A stretch of DNA of 63,241 nucleotides, filler included, from Stramenopiles sp. TOSAG23-3 (lineage: Eukaryota), in assembly GCA_900128585.1 (NCBI GenBank). It is 10 parts of 10 records of this genome, joined end to end, with 100 filler letters (N's around TTAATTAATTAA, not from the genome) between each part and the next. Parts side by side here need not be neighbours in the genome. Positions count along the whole stretch, not along the records: positions 30,442 to 37,940 come from LT643141.1; positions 38,041 to 45,525 come from LT643142.1; 8 more parts are not named here. One strand, given 5' to 3'. Position numbers and translations under genes: made by a program. The notes beneath the pieces were generated by a model that saw nothing but the letters and a program-made list of their open reading frames with translations, ran no database searches and was not told where the DNA came from. Shown one piece after another: positions 32,050-42,325 of the stretch. The number at the start of each line of letters is the position of its first letter. Position 1 is the first letter of the stretch.

Positions 32050-32291
32050 TTTGTACAAAATAAACTGAGCTTCGAACGTAAGATTTAGTTTTTTAATATT
32101 TGTTGATGCGGTATAAATGAAGAAGAGATAAATTTTAATTTTTTACTTTTAAATACAACAGCCCAATTTTTTGTTTTTAAAATTAAGACCAAAAGAGCAA
32201 AGATAAGTTCGCAGTTCATTGAGCTTGAAGGAATGCAAACCTAGGATTAAATCTAAATCTAGATTTCAGTTCGCAGTATACATTAATTAAG

Positions 32292-32349
32292 AACAAGAAA
32301 ATTGGCTGTTATTTAATTACTTAAATACAACAGCCAATTTTCTTTGTTT
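32292..32349. repeat. Palindromic dimer of the dispersed AAAACAAGAAAATTGGCTGTTATTTAA repeat
   Basis: aacaagaaaattggctgttatttaa-ttac-ttaaatacaacagccaattttctttgtt forms an imperfect hairpin. Confidence 0.85.
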
Positions 32350-32632
32350 TAAAAAAAAAGAATTTATATAAGAGTTTAGCATTTCTCAAAAGACGACGCG
32401 GGTAATTAGGAGAGAGGGAGGTGAAAAAACTGAAAAAGCAAAATTTAAAAAATGTAAAAGGGTTGTATCAATATTAAACTATTAATTTTAGCGCGTTAAT
32501 GATTTAAGTTTTAACACACTTACGCACGTTTTTGCTTACCAAAAGCTTAAATTGCACCACTACTGGCGCTGAGTTCATTTCATATTCCCAAACGTGCCCG
32601 TTTGAGTCGTGGAAGTTCTCACGCGAGCTTAT

Positions 32633-34042
32633 TTAATATCGCAGCCAGTATGTGCGCCTTCGCAAGAAGTTGTAATCTGGCATTTCGTGAACTGGGCCAA
32701 TGGCCGCTGCAGCAATATCTTGGTCATTGATGAATGTATCGGCAGCGTTTCGTACGGACGCAGCGTCTACGGCATCAATGCGCGAGAATATCTCTGCGGG
32801 CGACAATCGTCGGCCGTAGGTGAGCATCTGCCGACCGATGTCTTCACAGACATTGGAAGACCCGTCCAGCTGCATCATCAAGTTGGCCTTCAGCTGGGTT
32901 TGGGCACGTGCTACTTCCTCGTCCGTAGTGTTGTGCACCAACCGTACCATCGCTTCCAACGTGTACCACACTAAATCCTGAACCTTGTGGGGCTCGGCAA
33001 CGGAGTATACCCCGAACAGCCCGGTATCGTTATAGCAGGTATTGAAAGACATGACGCTATGCGCAAGCTGAAGCTCTGCGACCGTTTGGCACAGCTTGGA
33101 CGACATGTTCCTACCGGCCCCGCCGGTGCGATCCCAGCAGCCTAGCAAATTGTGCATGACCATAAGTGGAAACGCATGTTCGGACGTCCAAGACCCGCTT
33201 TCCACCGCGAGTGCTACGTGCGCAAGGGGCATGTCGTCCATCTTAATACGAACATCAGAGCCGGTGAAAAAAGCTGGGTCTTCGGGGACAACCAAGCCAG
33301 CCGCTGGTTCTTTCGACAAATTCCCAAAGGTTGATTCTGCTAGAGAAACCAATTGGTTGTGATCTACCGCACCGGCCCCAGCGACTACCATGCGCGGGGC
33401 GGTGTAATGGGTTTTAATGTAGTTTTGCAAGTCGTCCCGGGTCAGACTTTTGATGTTCTCCTCTGGGCCCAGGATAGTACGGCCGAGGCCAGTGCCCTGG
33501 AACGCGGTTTCGTGGAGGCGGTCAAAAATAACTTCTTCTTGCTGTTTTTCGACCTCCTGCATCTCCCGCAATATCACACCACGTTCTTGCTCGATGGCTT
33601 GCTCGTCCAACAACGAGTTTTGTAAAATATCGGACAGAATGTCCATGGCTTGGGGGATATCTTTCTTGAAGACTTGCGCGTAGTACACCGTCTGCTCCCT
33701 GGACGTGTATGCATTCAGATGACCACCTATGTTTTCGATTTCAACTTCCAGCTTTTCCCGTGTCCGTTTGGACGTGCCTTTAAACGCCATGTGCTCCAAA
33801 AAGTGAGCCGACCCGTTGTTTTGGGCGGTTTCATAGCGTGACCCGGCATCAATGAATACGCCTACGGTCGCAGTCTCTCCATGCCCACCTTCCGAGGCGA
33901 CACGGAGACCATTGGCCAATGTACTCACTTCCGTGGCCGGGGCGTTTCTGACAGAGTCAGGGAACGCCAGGGCCGAAGAAGAGCGAGCTTGTTGCCTCAC
34001 TACTTTGGACGCCAGCGAACGTGTGGCTGTTAACAACGACAT
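32633..34042 (-). CDS. PMPCB: Mitochondrial processing peptidase beta subunit
   Basis: Presequence-like N-terminus; LANGLRVASE, inverted zinc motif HFLEHMAFKGT, LNAYTSREQTVYYA, EDIGRQMLTYGRR, C-terminal RRRTYWLRY. Confidence 0.96.
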   Translation of the reverse strand: MSLLTATRSLASKVVRQQARSSSALAFPDSVRNAPATEVSTLANGLRVASEGGHGETATVGVFIDAGSRYETAQNNGSAHFLEHMAFKGTSKRTREKLEVEIENIGGHLNAYTSREQTVYYAQVFKKDIPQAMDILSDILQNSLLDEQAIEQERGVILREMQEVEKQQEEVIFDRLHETAFQGTGLGRTILGPEENIKSLTRDDLQNYIKTHYTAPRMVVAGAGAVDHNQLVSLAESTFGNLSKEPAAGLVVPEDPAFFTGSDVRIKMDDMPLAHVALAVESGSWTSEHAFPLMVMHNLLGCWDRTGGAGRNMSSKLCQTVAELQLAHSVMSFNTCYNDTGLFGVYSVAEPHKVQDLVWYTLEAMVRLVHNTTDEEVARAQTQLKANLMMQLDGSSNVCEDIGRQMLTYGRRLSPAEIFSRIDAVDAASVRNAADTFINDQDIAAAAIGPVHEMPDYNFLRRRTYWLRY

Positions 34043-35043
34043 GCTTCTTTGGTGTATCTGAAAAAATAATTTCTTAAATAGTACGTAAGACTAGATTGTG
34101 TAAAAGAATGGATTCTCCCCTGAATCAAATGCAAGCGTTCGTTTCCTTCTCTTAACAATGGGAAAGACATTTAAACCACATTCATTCGTCTGTTTGTAAT
34201 GCTAACAATTTAATTGTACAAGTAAGTCATCACAAGGTTTTATTATTAATTTTTTTTTATTTATTATTATTATTATATTACACACACGGCGGAGGAGAAG
34301 AAGGGATGAACGGACGACGACGAAGAAAGAGAAAGGAAGAAAGAGAAAGGAAGGAAGAGAAAGGAAGGAAGAGAAAGGAAGGAAAGAAGAAAGACAAAAC
34401 AAAATAACAAGAGGAACGAACACCAAAAGTGATTTCTGACCGGTTGTTTCGTAGTATTTAACTATATTAAGTACAGTATAAAACAAAAAAGCAAGCAAGA
34501 AAGCAAAAATTAAAATAGCAACAACTCTATATATTTTAAATAACAGACGACTAACAACAACTAACAAAAAAATAAAAAAACAAAAACACAATAATAATAA
34601 AACACAATAACACAATACTGAACCAAGTAGCAAAAGCCTTCCTTCCCTCCTATTTAAATACTAGAAGTTCAATATCCTTGATGCTCTTTCCCTGTTAGGA
34701 AGGGATAATTATTTTCCTTTTTCCCCTTTGCTTACTTGTTTATTATTTATTTAGTTCTTAGATTGTATTCCCACCACACAAATCTATTAGCAATGATATT
34801 TATTAGTATTTATTTATTTATTTACATAATAATGTCACTGTACTGTAATAATTTAAATTACAACAAAATGTGTCTCAAATTACTCACTTCGTTCAGAGCT
34901 CATTAAAAAAAAATGATGATTTCTTTAAAACTACAATAATTAAAAGGTACAGAGCAGGTACTAAAATTAATGGTGTGTTGTTATTATTATTTCTAAAATT
35001 AAATATTAATGTTAACAATAGGGTTATTTATTCATCCATTCAA

Positions 35044-36369
35044 TCATCGGTCCATGCCAAACATTTTGTCAAGCGCTCGTCCACAGAAGCCACAGCCACG
35101 GCGATCGCCAATCTTCGGTCGAGTGAGGCCACTCCATCTGTCACGGTTTAAAACCTTCATCCTGCCGTAGTAGTACCAGTCCTCTTCGCCCATTACGGGC
35201 TTCTTGGCACGGTTTTGGTCTTCACCAAGCAGCGCCTCCGAGTCATCGGCATCGTTGAAATCGATCGCCCTTCGGGCGCTGCCGTCACCTCGCGTGACGT
35301 CCTGCCCAGGAACGCGGGCGGGATCGTCAAGGTTGTTGACTAAATCGTTCGTGTACTGGCACGCATTCGCAAACATTCCTAGGGCAATCACTGATAGCCC
35401 AAGGAGAGGGATGGTGGATACTTTCACCGCTTGCCCCGCCACGACCGCTGGGGCAGGGTTCCCGACCGCTGGCAGGGTGTTGGCAAATCGAAAGACGCCG
35501 AACAGGGTCACCGAGGAGCCCACCAGGTACAGAAAAGCTGCAAGCTTTTGCACCCCAGATGTGAACGCGCAAACGCCCCCCCCCTCTCCATTCTTGCCCC
35601 AGCTCGCATTGTTGTACATAACCCACAGAATCTGCAGTACGAAACAGCATAGAACGAACACGAGCGGGGAGAAGGCCAGGCCCCACGAAAGCTTTGGGAA
35701 ATACGTTCCTTCGGCTTTCCCGCACACCAGGACCAGTGTGATGGTAGTGCAGATAAGAAGGATGGCGGAGAGGGTCGACCCTTTCCCTCCCAAAATTTCA
35801 CGAAGGATGCTAAACGCAAACAATGCGAACAGAGGTAGAAGAAGGGAAAAGTGGAATTTCTGCTTCTTCTCGAAGAACGTGTACATGCTCCCTTCCAGCC
35901 ACCAGAGAAACGCGAGGGACAGCAGCGAAGGGAATATACCAAAAAACGAATCGCACGTAGTCCAATAGGCAAGTTCTCTCATGTTCTTGAAGACGGGCGG
36001 AAAGTGCTCCGACGTGTACTTGTTTCTAACAGTGTTCGTAACAAAAATTGCAGTGACCAGCGCACCAATGTGACAGCACACGACCAGGGCGTTGGATATC
36101 CACAGGGGCAAAAACACGAGTTGCCACGATAGTTTAATCTTCTCGTCCAACTTTTCCATAACCATAAACGCAACTGCAAATATCGACAGAAGAAAGCACA
36201 GCAGGCCAACCAGCAAAAATGCGTACGATACGGCTAGGGTTGGCGGCGTTTTCTGCCGCATCTTTCCTGCATCTTCTGAATTCAAATCTTTCCCATCCCA
36301 CTGCGGGGTTGCCGTGACATTTTTTTTCGTATCCGCTGTCACCGTCTCTCCCCTGGGGGTGCCCGACAT
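35044..36369 (-). CDS. Multi-pass membrane protein of TMEM185/TMEM60-like (Fragile-X-F) type
   Basis: Repeated KLD..I..SW..VF.PLW motif (EKLDEKIKLSWQLVFLPLWI; KAEG....LSWGLAFSPL) and many TM helices. Confidence 0.7.
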   Translation of the reverse strand: MSGTPRGETVTADTKKNVTATPQWDGKDLNSEDAGKMRQKTPPTLAVSYAFLLVGLLCFLLSIFAVAFMVMEKLDEKIKLSWQLVFLPLWISNALVVCCHIGALVTAIFVTNTVRNKYTSEHFPPVFKNMRELAYWTTCDSFFGIFPSLLSLAFLWWLEGSMYTFFEKKQKFHFSLLLPLFALFAFSILREILGGKGSTLSAILLICTTITLVLVCGKAEGTYFPKLSWGLAFSPLVFVLCCFVLQILWVMYNNASWGKNGEGGGVCAFTSGVQKLAAFLYLVGSSVTLFGVFRFANTLPAVGNPAPAVVAGQAVKVSTIPLLGLSVIALGMFANACQYTNDLVNNLDDPARVPGQDVTRGDGSARRAIDFNDADDSEALLGEDQNRAKKPVMGEEDWYYYGRMKVLNRDRWSGLTRPKIGDRRGCGFCGRALDKMFGMDR

Positions 36370-37301
36370 GTTTCTACTGTTGAAAGGAAGACCTTACGTA
36401 TACCACTCTCGCGCACAGAAACAAATGTATTCAACTGTAAGATTTTCAATGAGTTTTGCAGACTGACGTTACGATTACAGGTGAAAAAATATTTCTTCCC
36501 TTTCGCATTAATTGCATGCATTGATTGCATTGCAATCGATTAAAAATATGATGATGAAAATTGAATTATTATTATTATTTTGTTTCCCCCTCCTCCTCTC
36601 CAACAACCTCCAAGAAGAAAGAAGACGCAGCAGATATAATTTAAAAAAGTAGAGGTATCGTCAGGGTTTATTTTTTGTTCTGATGGTAATCAATGTAAAT
36701 TCACATAAATATGATATATACCTTAAATACAATCTTGAAGACCTTCATTTCGGGTAGTGAATTGTCTTAATTCACCTAATATTTGGTTGAAGTAAATTAA
36801 ATCACCCTAATCATTACATTTATATAGGTATTTTATTAATGCATTTAGTATAAATAAATATAGTTATGATTAAATTATGTTAATGGACTTTTATTTAAGA
36901 ATGATGAGAAGAAGCAAAGAAAGAAGCCCGCCCAGCCGCCAGCCGCCCTCGTTGGAACGAGAAGAGAGGCGAGGCAGCCTGCAGCCAGGAGACCAGGGAG
37001 AGAGGAGTGGGAGAGGCGAGTCAAATAATAACAACTACTACTACTGCTGAAAACTCAACTTCTATTGTGAACAGCTTTACACATAATGAATGAAAAGCTT
37101 TCGGGAACAAAATACTAATCTGAATACTCACCAACAAATGGAGAGACAAACACACACAGACAATAAAGATTAAACATTCGCGACGATAAATAACCGTTGA
37201 AATACATTTCCCGGTAGTAAATACCAAGCAGTTTTGAAACGCACGTTGCGACCGTAAGTACGACAGCACGGCCTTTATATTTCTGGTTGGTTGGACTCAC
37301 A

Positions 37302-37763
37302 ATGACCAGTTTAAGTAGCTCCAGCACGATTGCCTTCGACAAGAAGCGAACCGTCGAAGTCGTGCCGTCGACTTCTTCTGCAGTTCAACAAGGTGGCAGT
37401 GGTCCCCCAACTGTAAATATTAACCGCTTTAAGACCTCGATTTTGTACGTAAGAAATTTACCGTATGACATGAAAGTCGAAGAGGTAGTAAAGATTTTTC
37501 AGCAATACGGCACTGTTGTCCAACTCCGCATGGGGGATGAGAAAGGATTAACCATGGGCACCGCGTTTGTTGTATATAGCACACCTCAGAGCGCAAAAAA
37601 GGCGATGCATACTCTGAAAGGGTTCAAAGTGCAAGATAGATATTTGGTGATTTCACCGTACGACCCGAAACGAATGAAATCGAAATTGGAACAGCAACTT
37701 CAGGACAACAAAAAAGCGTCCAAGCATTCATCCACTGGCAACAAACGGAAGCGGCAGCAGTGA
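37302..37763 (+). CDS. SF3B6: Splicing factor 3B subunit 6 (p14) RRM protein
   Basis: ILYVRNLPY, IFQQYG.V.QLRMG....TMGTAFVVY....AKKA..TLKGF.V.DRYLV matches p14. First ATG is at 37302. Confidence 0.85.
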   Translation: MTSLSSSSTIAFDKKRTVEVVPSTSSAVQQGGSGPPTVNINRFKTSILYVRNLPYDMKVEEVVKIFQQYGTVVQLRMGDEKGLTMGTAFVVYSTPQSAKKAMHTLKGFKVQDRYLVISPYDPKRMKSKLEQQLQDNKKASKHSSTGNKRKRQQ

Positions 37764-37836
37764 GACACACGAGATCAACGGCACTCTTTGGCGACGTTTT
37801 AAAAAAAAGAATGATAGTGAAACATTTACTTATAAT

Positions 37837-37938
37837 TTAGAGAAACTGAGTTTTTCTTCTTCTTGGGAGCGGGATTTGCAAGACGGAGCCGACGACTGCA
37901 TCCTCTGGAATCTCAAACTCGACGCTCTTCTCTTTGTT
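37837..37938 (-). CDS. C-terminal fragment of a hypothetical protein cut by the contig edge
   Basis: Open frame NKEKSVEFEIPEDAVVGSVLQIPLPRRRKTQFL* from the contig edge, coding-like GC; too short for the ORF track. Confidence 0.4.
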   Translation of the reverse strand, partial: NKEKSVEFEIPEDAVVGSVLQIPLPRRRKTQFL

Positions 37939-38260
37939 CGNNNNNNNNNNNNNNNNNNNNNNNNNNNNNNNNNNNNNNNNNNNNTTAATTAATTAANNNN
38001 NNNNNNNNNNNNNNNNNNNNNNNNNNNNNNNNNNNNNNNNTAGATTCAGATGACACATGACACACATGTGGTCACTGATCAATTTAGTCATTTTATATTT
38101 TTAACAAAGGAAAGGCGTTTATACGAAAATTTTAAATTGCAAAAGAATCATAAACACACAACACGAGTTGCTGAAGGTTTTATTTCCCTGGATTTTCTGC
38201 CTTGTGTTCTTTTGTTGTATTGTGGTGGTGTGCGCTGCTTCGGTCTTTGGTTTTGGAACA

Positions 38261-40786
38261 ATGGAGCGCTTACAGGATAGAAAGTTTCCGTCAGACATTT
38301 TATGCTTGAGCCACTCCCCAACAATGGACTTGATTGCAATATCTACGGAGAGCAACAACGTTGGGTTGTATCGCTCCGTTTCGTCAGATTTTCACAGGTT
38401 GTTTAATGCCGACATCGGAATTAATTTAGGGGTCACCTGCATAGTTTGGGGGGTGAAAGGGAAAGTAATGGCGTTCGGTGGAACAGACGGAAGTGTCGCT
38501 ATTTATTCCGTCGAAACGGGCCAGGCTGTTCACCGACCCCTAGTTAGCCAACCACGCGGTTACAGGATCATTTCTATGCACTGGGTCTTCTCCCGTGAAG
38601 GCGAAAGGGGCGGGGCGGGCGCTGTTCATGCAAGGCGGTATTCGAAAGGGGTGCCCCACTCTGTTTTATCCAAACGTCCGGCGACCTCGGGGTCAGGTCT
38701 GGCGACGTATGGTGGCGACAACGACTCGTTTCGACACTCTCACCTGGTGTTTGAAACTGCCGACACCCTAGGTGTTTACACTGACAAATACAATGTGCTC
38801 GTTTTTGGGGACGCTGCAAGTAACGTTACCTTTAGCGCGTTTGGTTTTTTTCCGGTTGGGTGCGTCGACTTAAGTGGTGCCTTTGAAACAATTACCACGG
38901 ACTCTGGTGCTCCCCTGAAGTTGTCCCTGCCTGAAATCGATCATGTCGCTCTGTCCTCAAATTTCAAGTTCGTCTCGTGCATCATGCGCAGCCGTGTCTT
39001 GCACAATGGCGCCGGCGATGCCGCATCGGACGATGTTCGATACCATTTCCTTGTTGTAGACACCGGGGTGTTGGCGAAGAAACAGCGTGAAATCACGTTC
39101 CTATCGCGGCAGTCTGCAATCGTCGGGGCTCTGCTGTTGCGTGTTGAGGAGGCTCTTCGGAAGATGGAATCCCTATGGCGCCAAGGGGTAAAGCTGTTTC
39201 TCAGCAAAATAAAAGAGCTGCGGGAACTCTTGGTTCGGTACGGTGTATCTGGGACAATTAAATCAGAGCTGTTCATTCTCCTTACGTCTGGGATCTTTAG
39301 CCCAGCGCTTGCCCATTTCTTTTCCAATTCCTTGTCAGCATCAATTGTCAAACGCATGAAACGCGCATTTTCAAGCTCTTGCCTGGAAATCGAGACTATC
39401 TGCAATACGCAGCTCGCTCGGGCCAGCGAGGAAATTGTGTTTTCATTTGGGGAAATATTGTCCGCGTTAAAGTGGCCCGGGGCGTTCTCAGAGCTCGGCA
39501 TTGGTGCGCAAGAAATTTTGAAGCCGTTCGGCATTGCGAAAAGGATGGTTCTGTGCGGGGAGCAATTTTTGTCGGCTGTTCGCCATGCAAAACGGTACGT
39601 GCTCACATTTTACGCTTGGGTTGAGTACATGGTCGAAACTGCAAACACGGAGCAGGACCATGCGGAAACCCGGGGGATCTCGTTGGGGGGCATCGAGTAC
39701 AATATTTTGGCGAAATTATTATCCCCCGTGGGCGCCGAGCTGTCCATGGAGGAGGACGTACGTGGAAGTCGGTCGTCCCAGCTGGAGTCCGTTCTTCACG
39801 GCGATGTCGACTGCCACTTCTCTTCCGAAAAGAAAGCCGACAATGTGGAAAGTGGAGATAATAATTCGTTTATGCCGTGGGCATCCAAGAGTACTCAAGC
39901 AAAAGAAGACAAGCCCGCAGCCAAAGATACCAGTACCCCAACCATGCGCAAAACGTTGGTAGCCCTGCAGACGGAATGGGGCGCATTTGTGAAGAGACCG
40001 TCCGCTTTTGCAAGCAAATTGTTCAGGCCAGTTGTGAACTTGCCATTATGCTGTACCGCCAACCCTCGTTCGGACATCGCGCTACAGTCAAAACGGGGAC
40101 GGCGCAACGTGGGTTTCAAGTGCAAATTTTATAGCTACACCGATGATGAAACCGACCAAAGCTGTTATTTTTTTGCGTTTGCTAACACTGGGGGAGTCGA
40201 CCCAGGCAATAAAATAATGTACATCGCAAAGTACAACGTGACGAAAGTTTTGGATACCCATGCGGTCCATGGAACTCGTAAACGGAGTCGTCAAGACGAG
40301 GATCGCGTACAAGATGGAGATGCTGAAAGCACGTGGGAGTGGCAAATTGTAGGCCTCCAGTTCAGTGAAGCGCTGGTAGACCTCGACTTTTATGACGTAG
40401 GGGCAAAGGGGGACACTGAACAGTCAAGGCTTGCCGTTCTGCTGGAAGAGAACAAAAACCAAAACGAAGGAGGAACGGTCGGCATGGTGGATTTCAACAC
40501 TCTGATGTACACGTCAATAAAATTTCCTTTCGGTACGTCTAATGTCCCGGCAAAAGAGAATATTTTGAAAAAGATCAAACGTGAAAATATAGAGCTTGTG
40601 AACGTGAATGGTGACTCAGAATTCGTAGATCGTTGGTTCCAGGTCTCCTCCTTGACATCAGGGTTTTTGCATGCGTGTGGCAGCAGAGGCACCCTGAGTC
40701 TTACGATAGGTAAGAATCGCTTGCAGGTGTTTGATGCAGAAGACGACGGAGAAGAAGATGACGATTCAATGGACGAAGATGACTGA
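38261..40786 (+). CDS. ANAPC4: Anaphase-promoting complex subunit 4
   Basis: HSPTMDLIAI....V.LYR, W...GK.MAFG..DG.V, FSAFGFFPVG, ELFILLTSG..SPALAHFF helical domain, SRG...VFDAEDD acidic end. Likely start at ATG 38261. Confidence 0.85.
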   Translation: MERLQDRKFPSDILCLSHSPTMDLIAISTESNNVGLYRSVSSDFHRLFNADIGINLGVTCIVWGVKGKVMAFGGTDGSVAIYSVETGQAVHRPLVSQPRGYRIISMHWVFSREGERGGAGAVHARRYSKGVPHSVLSKRPATSGSGLATYGGDNDSFRHSHLVFETADTLGVYTDKYNVLVFGDAASNVTFSAFGFFPVGCVDLSGAFETITTDSGAPLKLSLPEIDHVALSSNFKFVSCIMRSRVLHNGAGDAASDDVRYHFLVVDTGVLAKKQREITFLSRQSAIVGALLLRVEEALRKMESLWRQGVKLFLSKIKELRELLVRYGVSGTIKSELFILLTSGIFSPALAHFFSNSLSASIVKRMKRAFSSSCLEIETICNTQLARASEEIVFSFGEILSALKWPGAFSELGIGAQEILKPFGIAKRMVLCGEQFLSAVRHAKRYVLTFYAWVEYMVETANTEQDHAETRGISLGGIEYNILAKLLSPVGAELSMEEDVRGSRSSQLESVLHGDVDCHFSSEKKADNVESGDNNSFMPWASKSTQAKEDKPAAKDTSTPTMRKTLVALQTEWGAFVKRPSAFASKLFRPVVNLPLCCTANPRSDIALQSKRGRRNVGFKCKFYSYTDDETDQSCYFFAFANTGGVDPGNKIMYIAKYNVTKVLDTHAVHGTRKRSRQDEDRVQDGDAESTWEWQIVGLQFSEALVDLDFYDVGAKGDTEQSRLAVLLEENKNQNEGGTVGMVDFNTLMYTSIKFPFGTSNVPAKENILKKIKRENIELVNVNGDSEFVDRWFQVSSLTSGFLHACGSRGTLSLTIGKNRLQVFDAEDDGEEDDDSMDEDD

Positions 40787-41364
40787 GTGTATATTGGCTT
40801 TATATATATGATTTTAAGAGTTACACACAATTGTTTTTTACAACCCTCTTTAAATAAAAAAGTCCGTTACTGTACGAGTACTCCTTTTCTCTCTCTTTTT
40901 GTGTTTCTCCGTCGTCCCCGATTGCAAAATTGCCGAATCGGTTTAATCGGTAAATTGGTTTTATTATTGAGGGTGTTTGGTTTTGGAGTAATCGACTCCG
41001 TCCTACCTCTAATGAAAAAAACAATCGCGTATCGGTGTGTAGTATTTGAGTATTAGTTGTTGTGTATATGTATTCTATTATTATAATTTTATATTTTTCT
41101 ATTATTATTAGACTGACTACTACCACCAAGAAGGATGATATCTTCTTCTTCTTCTCTTCTTCATCAACAAATTTCAAAAAAATAACTATAACAATTTCTT
41201 TTTCTCTTTTCACAATCATATAAATAAGTATCCTGGGGAGATGTAACAGACGGATGAAAGACGGGATGATAATAGACCATGTTAGAGGTGTGCGAGACAA
41301 AAGACAGGAAACAGACCAGGACGTTTCCACTTTTTATAAGTCTAGCCCATAGAGCACGGTCCCA

Positions 41365-42105
41365 ATGAGTGGTAGTTCAAGTTCTCGGGACGCCCAGAGG
41401 GCAAACTTGGAGACGGTCCAGTCTGATGCACTGCGGCGGAGGAAGGGGGGAATCATCGGTGCCCAGTCCGAAAATTCGACGATAGCTATAGGTTCATGCC
41501 CTGAAATATTAGTCGCCCAACGGCAGAGGGGAAACCCGTTGTTGAGTTGCATTAAGCTGACACCGTGGAAATTTTCGAACGTAAAGCCAGACTTTGTTTT
41601 TGGCGCTCTGTCGTGTGGCCTGTTTCTGAGCCTTCGGTACCACTTGTTGCACGAGGATTATATTTATAGACGGTTTTCGGAGCTTAGGCAGGCGTACAGG
41701 CTCAGAGTTTTATTTCTGCACGTTGACATGGAAGATAACTTGGAGTCTATTGCTGAAATAACGAAATTGTGCCTTAAGCAAGAGTGGACGTTGGTGTGCG
41801 TCTGGTCCTCCGAGGAGGCGGCACGGTATTTGGAAACTTACAAAGCTTATGAAAAGAAGGGGTTGGCAAATATTAAGACCAAGGGTGAGTCCCATCAGTT
41901 TGCAAAGGCAGTAGACTTCTTGACTGTGGTCAAATCAATCAGTAAGACGGATGCATTCACGCTGCTGGCAAACTTTAAAACTGTGAAAGCTGTCTTGTGT
42001 GCTTCTTTGGAGGATCTCTCACTCTGCCCAGGTCTTGGGCCACGCAAAGTGAGGTATTTGTACGAAGCATTCCATGGTCAAATTGCGGCCACCCATAGAC
42101 TTTGA
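41365..42105 (+). CDS. ERCC1: DNA excision repair protein ERCC1
   Basis: ILV..RQRGNPLL, PDFV.G....LFLSLRYH.LH.DYI..R, WS.EEAARYLETYK.YE, HhH motif LSLCPGLGPRKV..LYEAFH. Confidence 0.95.
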   Translation: MSGSSSSRDAQRANLETVQSDALRRRKGGIIGAQSENSTIAIGSCPEILVAQRQRGNPLLSCIKLTPWKFSNVKPDFVFGALSCGLFLSLRYHLLHEDYIYRRFSELRQAYRLRVLFLHVDMEDNLESIAEITKLCLKQEWTLVCVWSSEEAARYLETYKAYEKKGLANIKTKGESHQFAKAVDFLTVVKSISKTDAFTLLANFKTVKAVLCASLEDLSLCPGLGPRKVRYLYEAFHGQIAATHRL

Positions 42106-42271
42106 CAGGTGCGTCAGGTCCCGCGCCATATCTACCTACTGTAAANNNNNNNNNNNNNNNNNNNNNNNNNNNNNNNNNNNNNNNNNNNNNNNNNNNNNNN
42201 NNNNNNNNNNNNNNNNNNNNNNNNNNNNNNNNNNNNATGCCTTGAGGTTTCCACTTCGCCCCATCTCACGT

Positions 42272-42325
42272 AAAGTCTAAAAACAAGAAAATTGGCTGTT
42301 ATTTAAGTAATTAAAAGTCTAAAAA
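42272..42325. mobile_element. 30-bp insertion of the dispersed repeat flanked by a 12-bp direct duplication
   Basis: aaagtctaaaaa (42272-42283) + caagaaaattggctgttatttaagtaatta + aaagtctaaaaa (42314-42325). Confidence 0.65.

Larger units (their letters stand above)
30442..32185. repeat. Perfect 60-bp inverted repeat pair (30442-30501 and 32126-32185)
   Basis: taattttaaaaacaaaaaattgggctgttgtatttaaaagtaaaaaattaaaatttatct; its exact reverse complement is at 32126-32185 (checked base by base). Confidence 0.9.

Noticed and set aside
34202-34633. Hydrophobic ORFs in spacers (also 5996-6199, 40821-41330, 45778-46014, 60114-60308)
   Set aside because: Translations of AT-rich, purine/pyrimidine-skewed low-complexity intergenic DNA.
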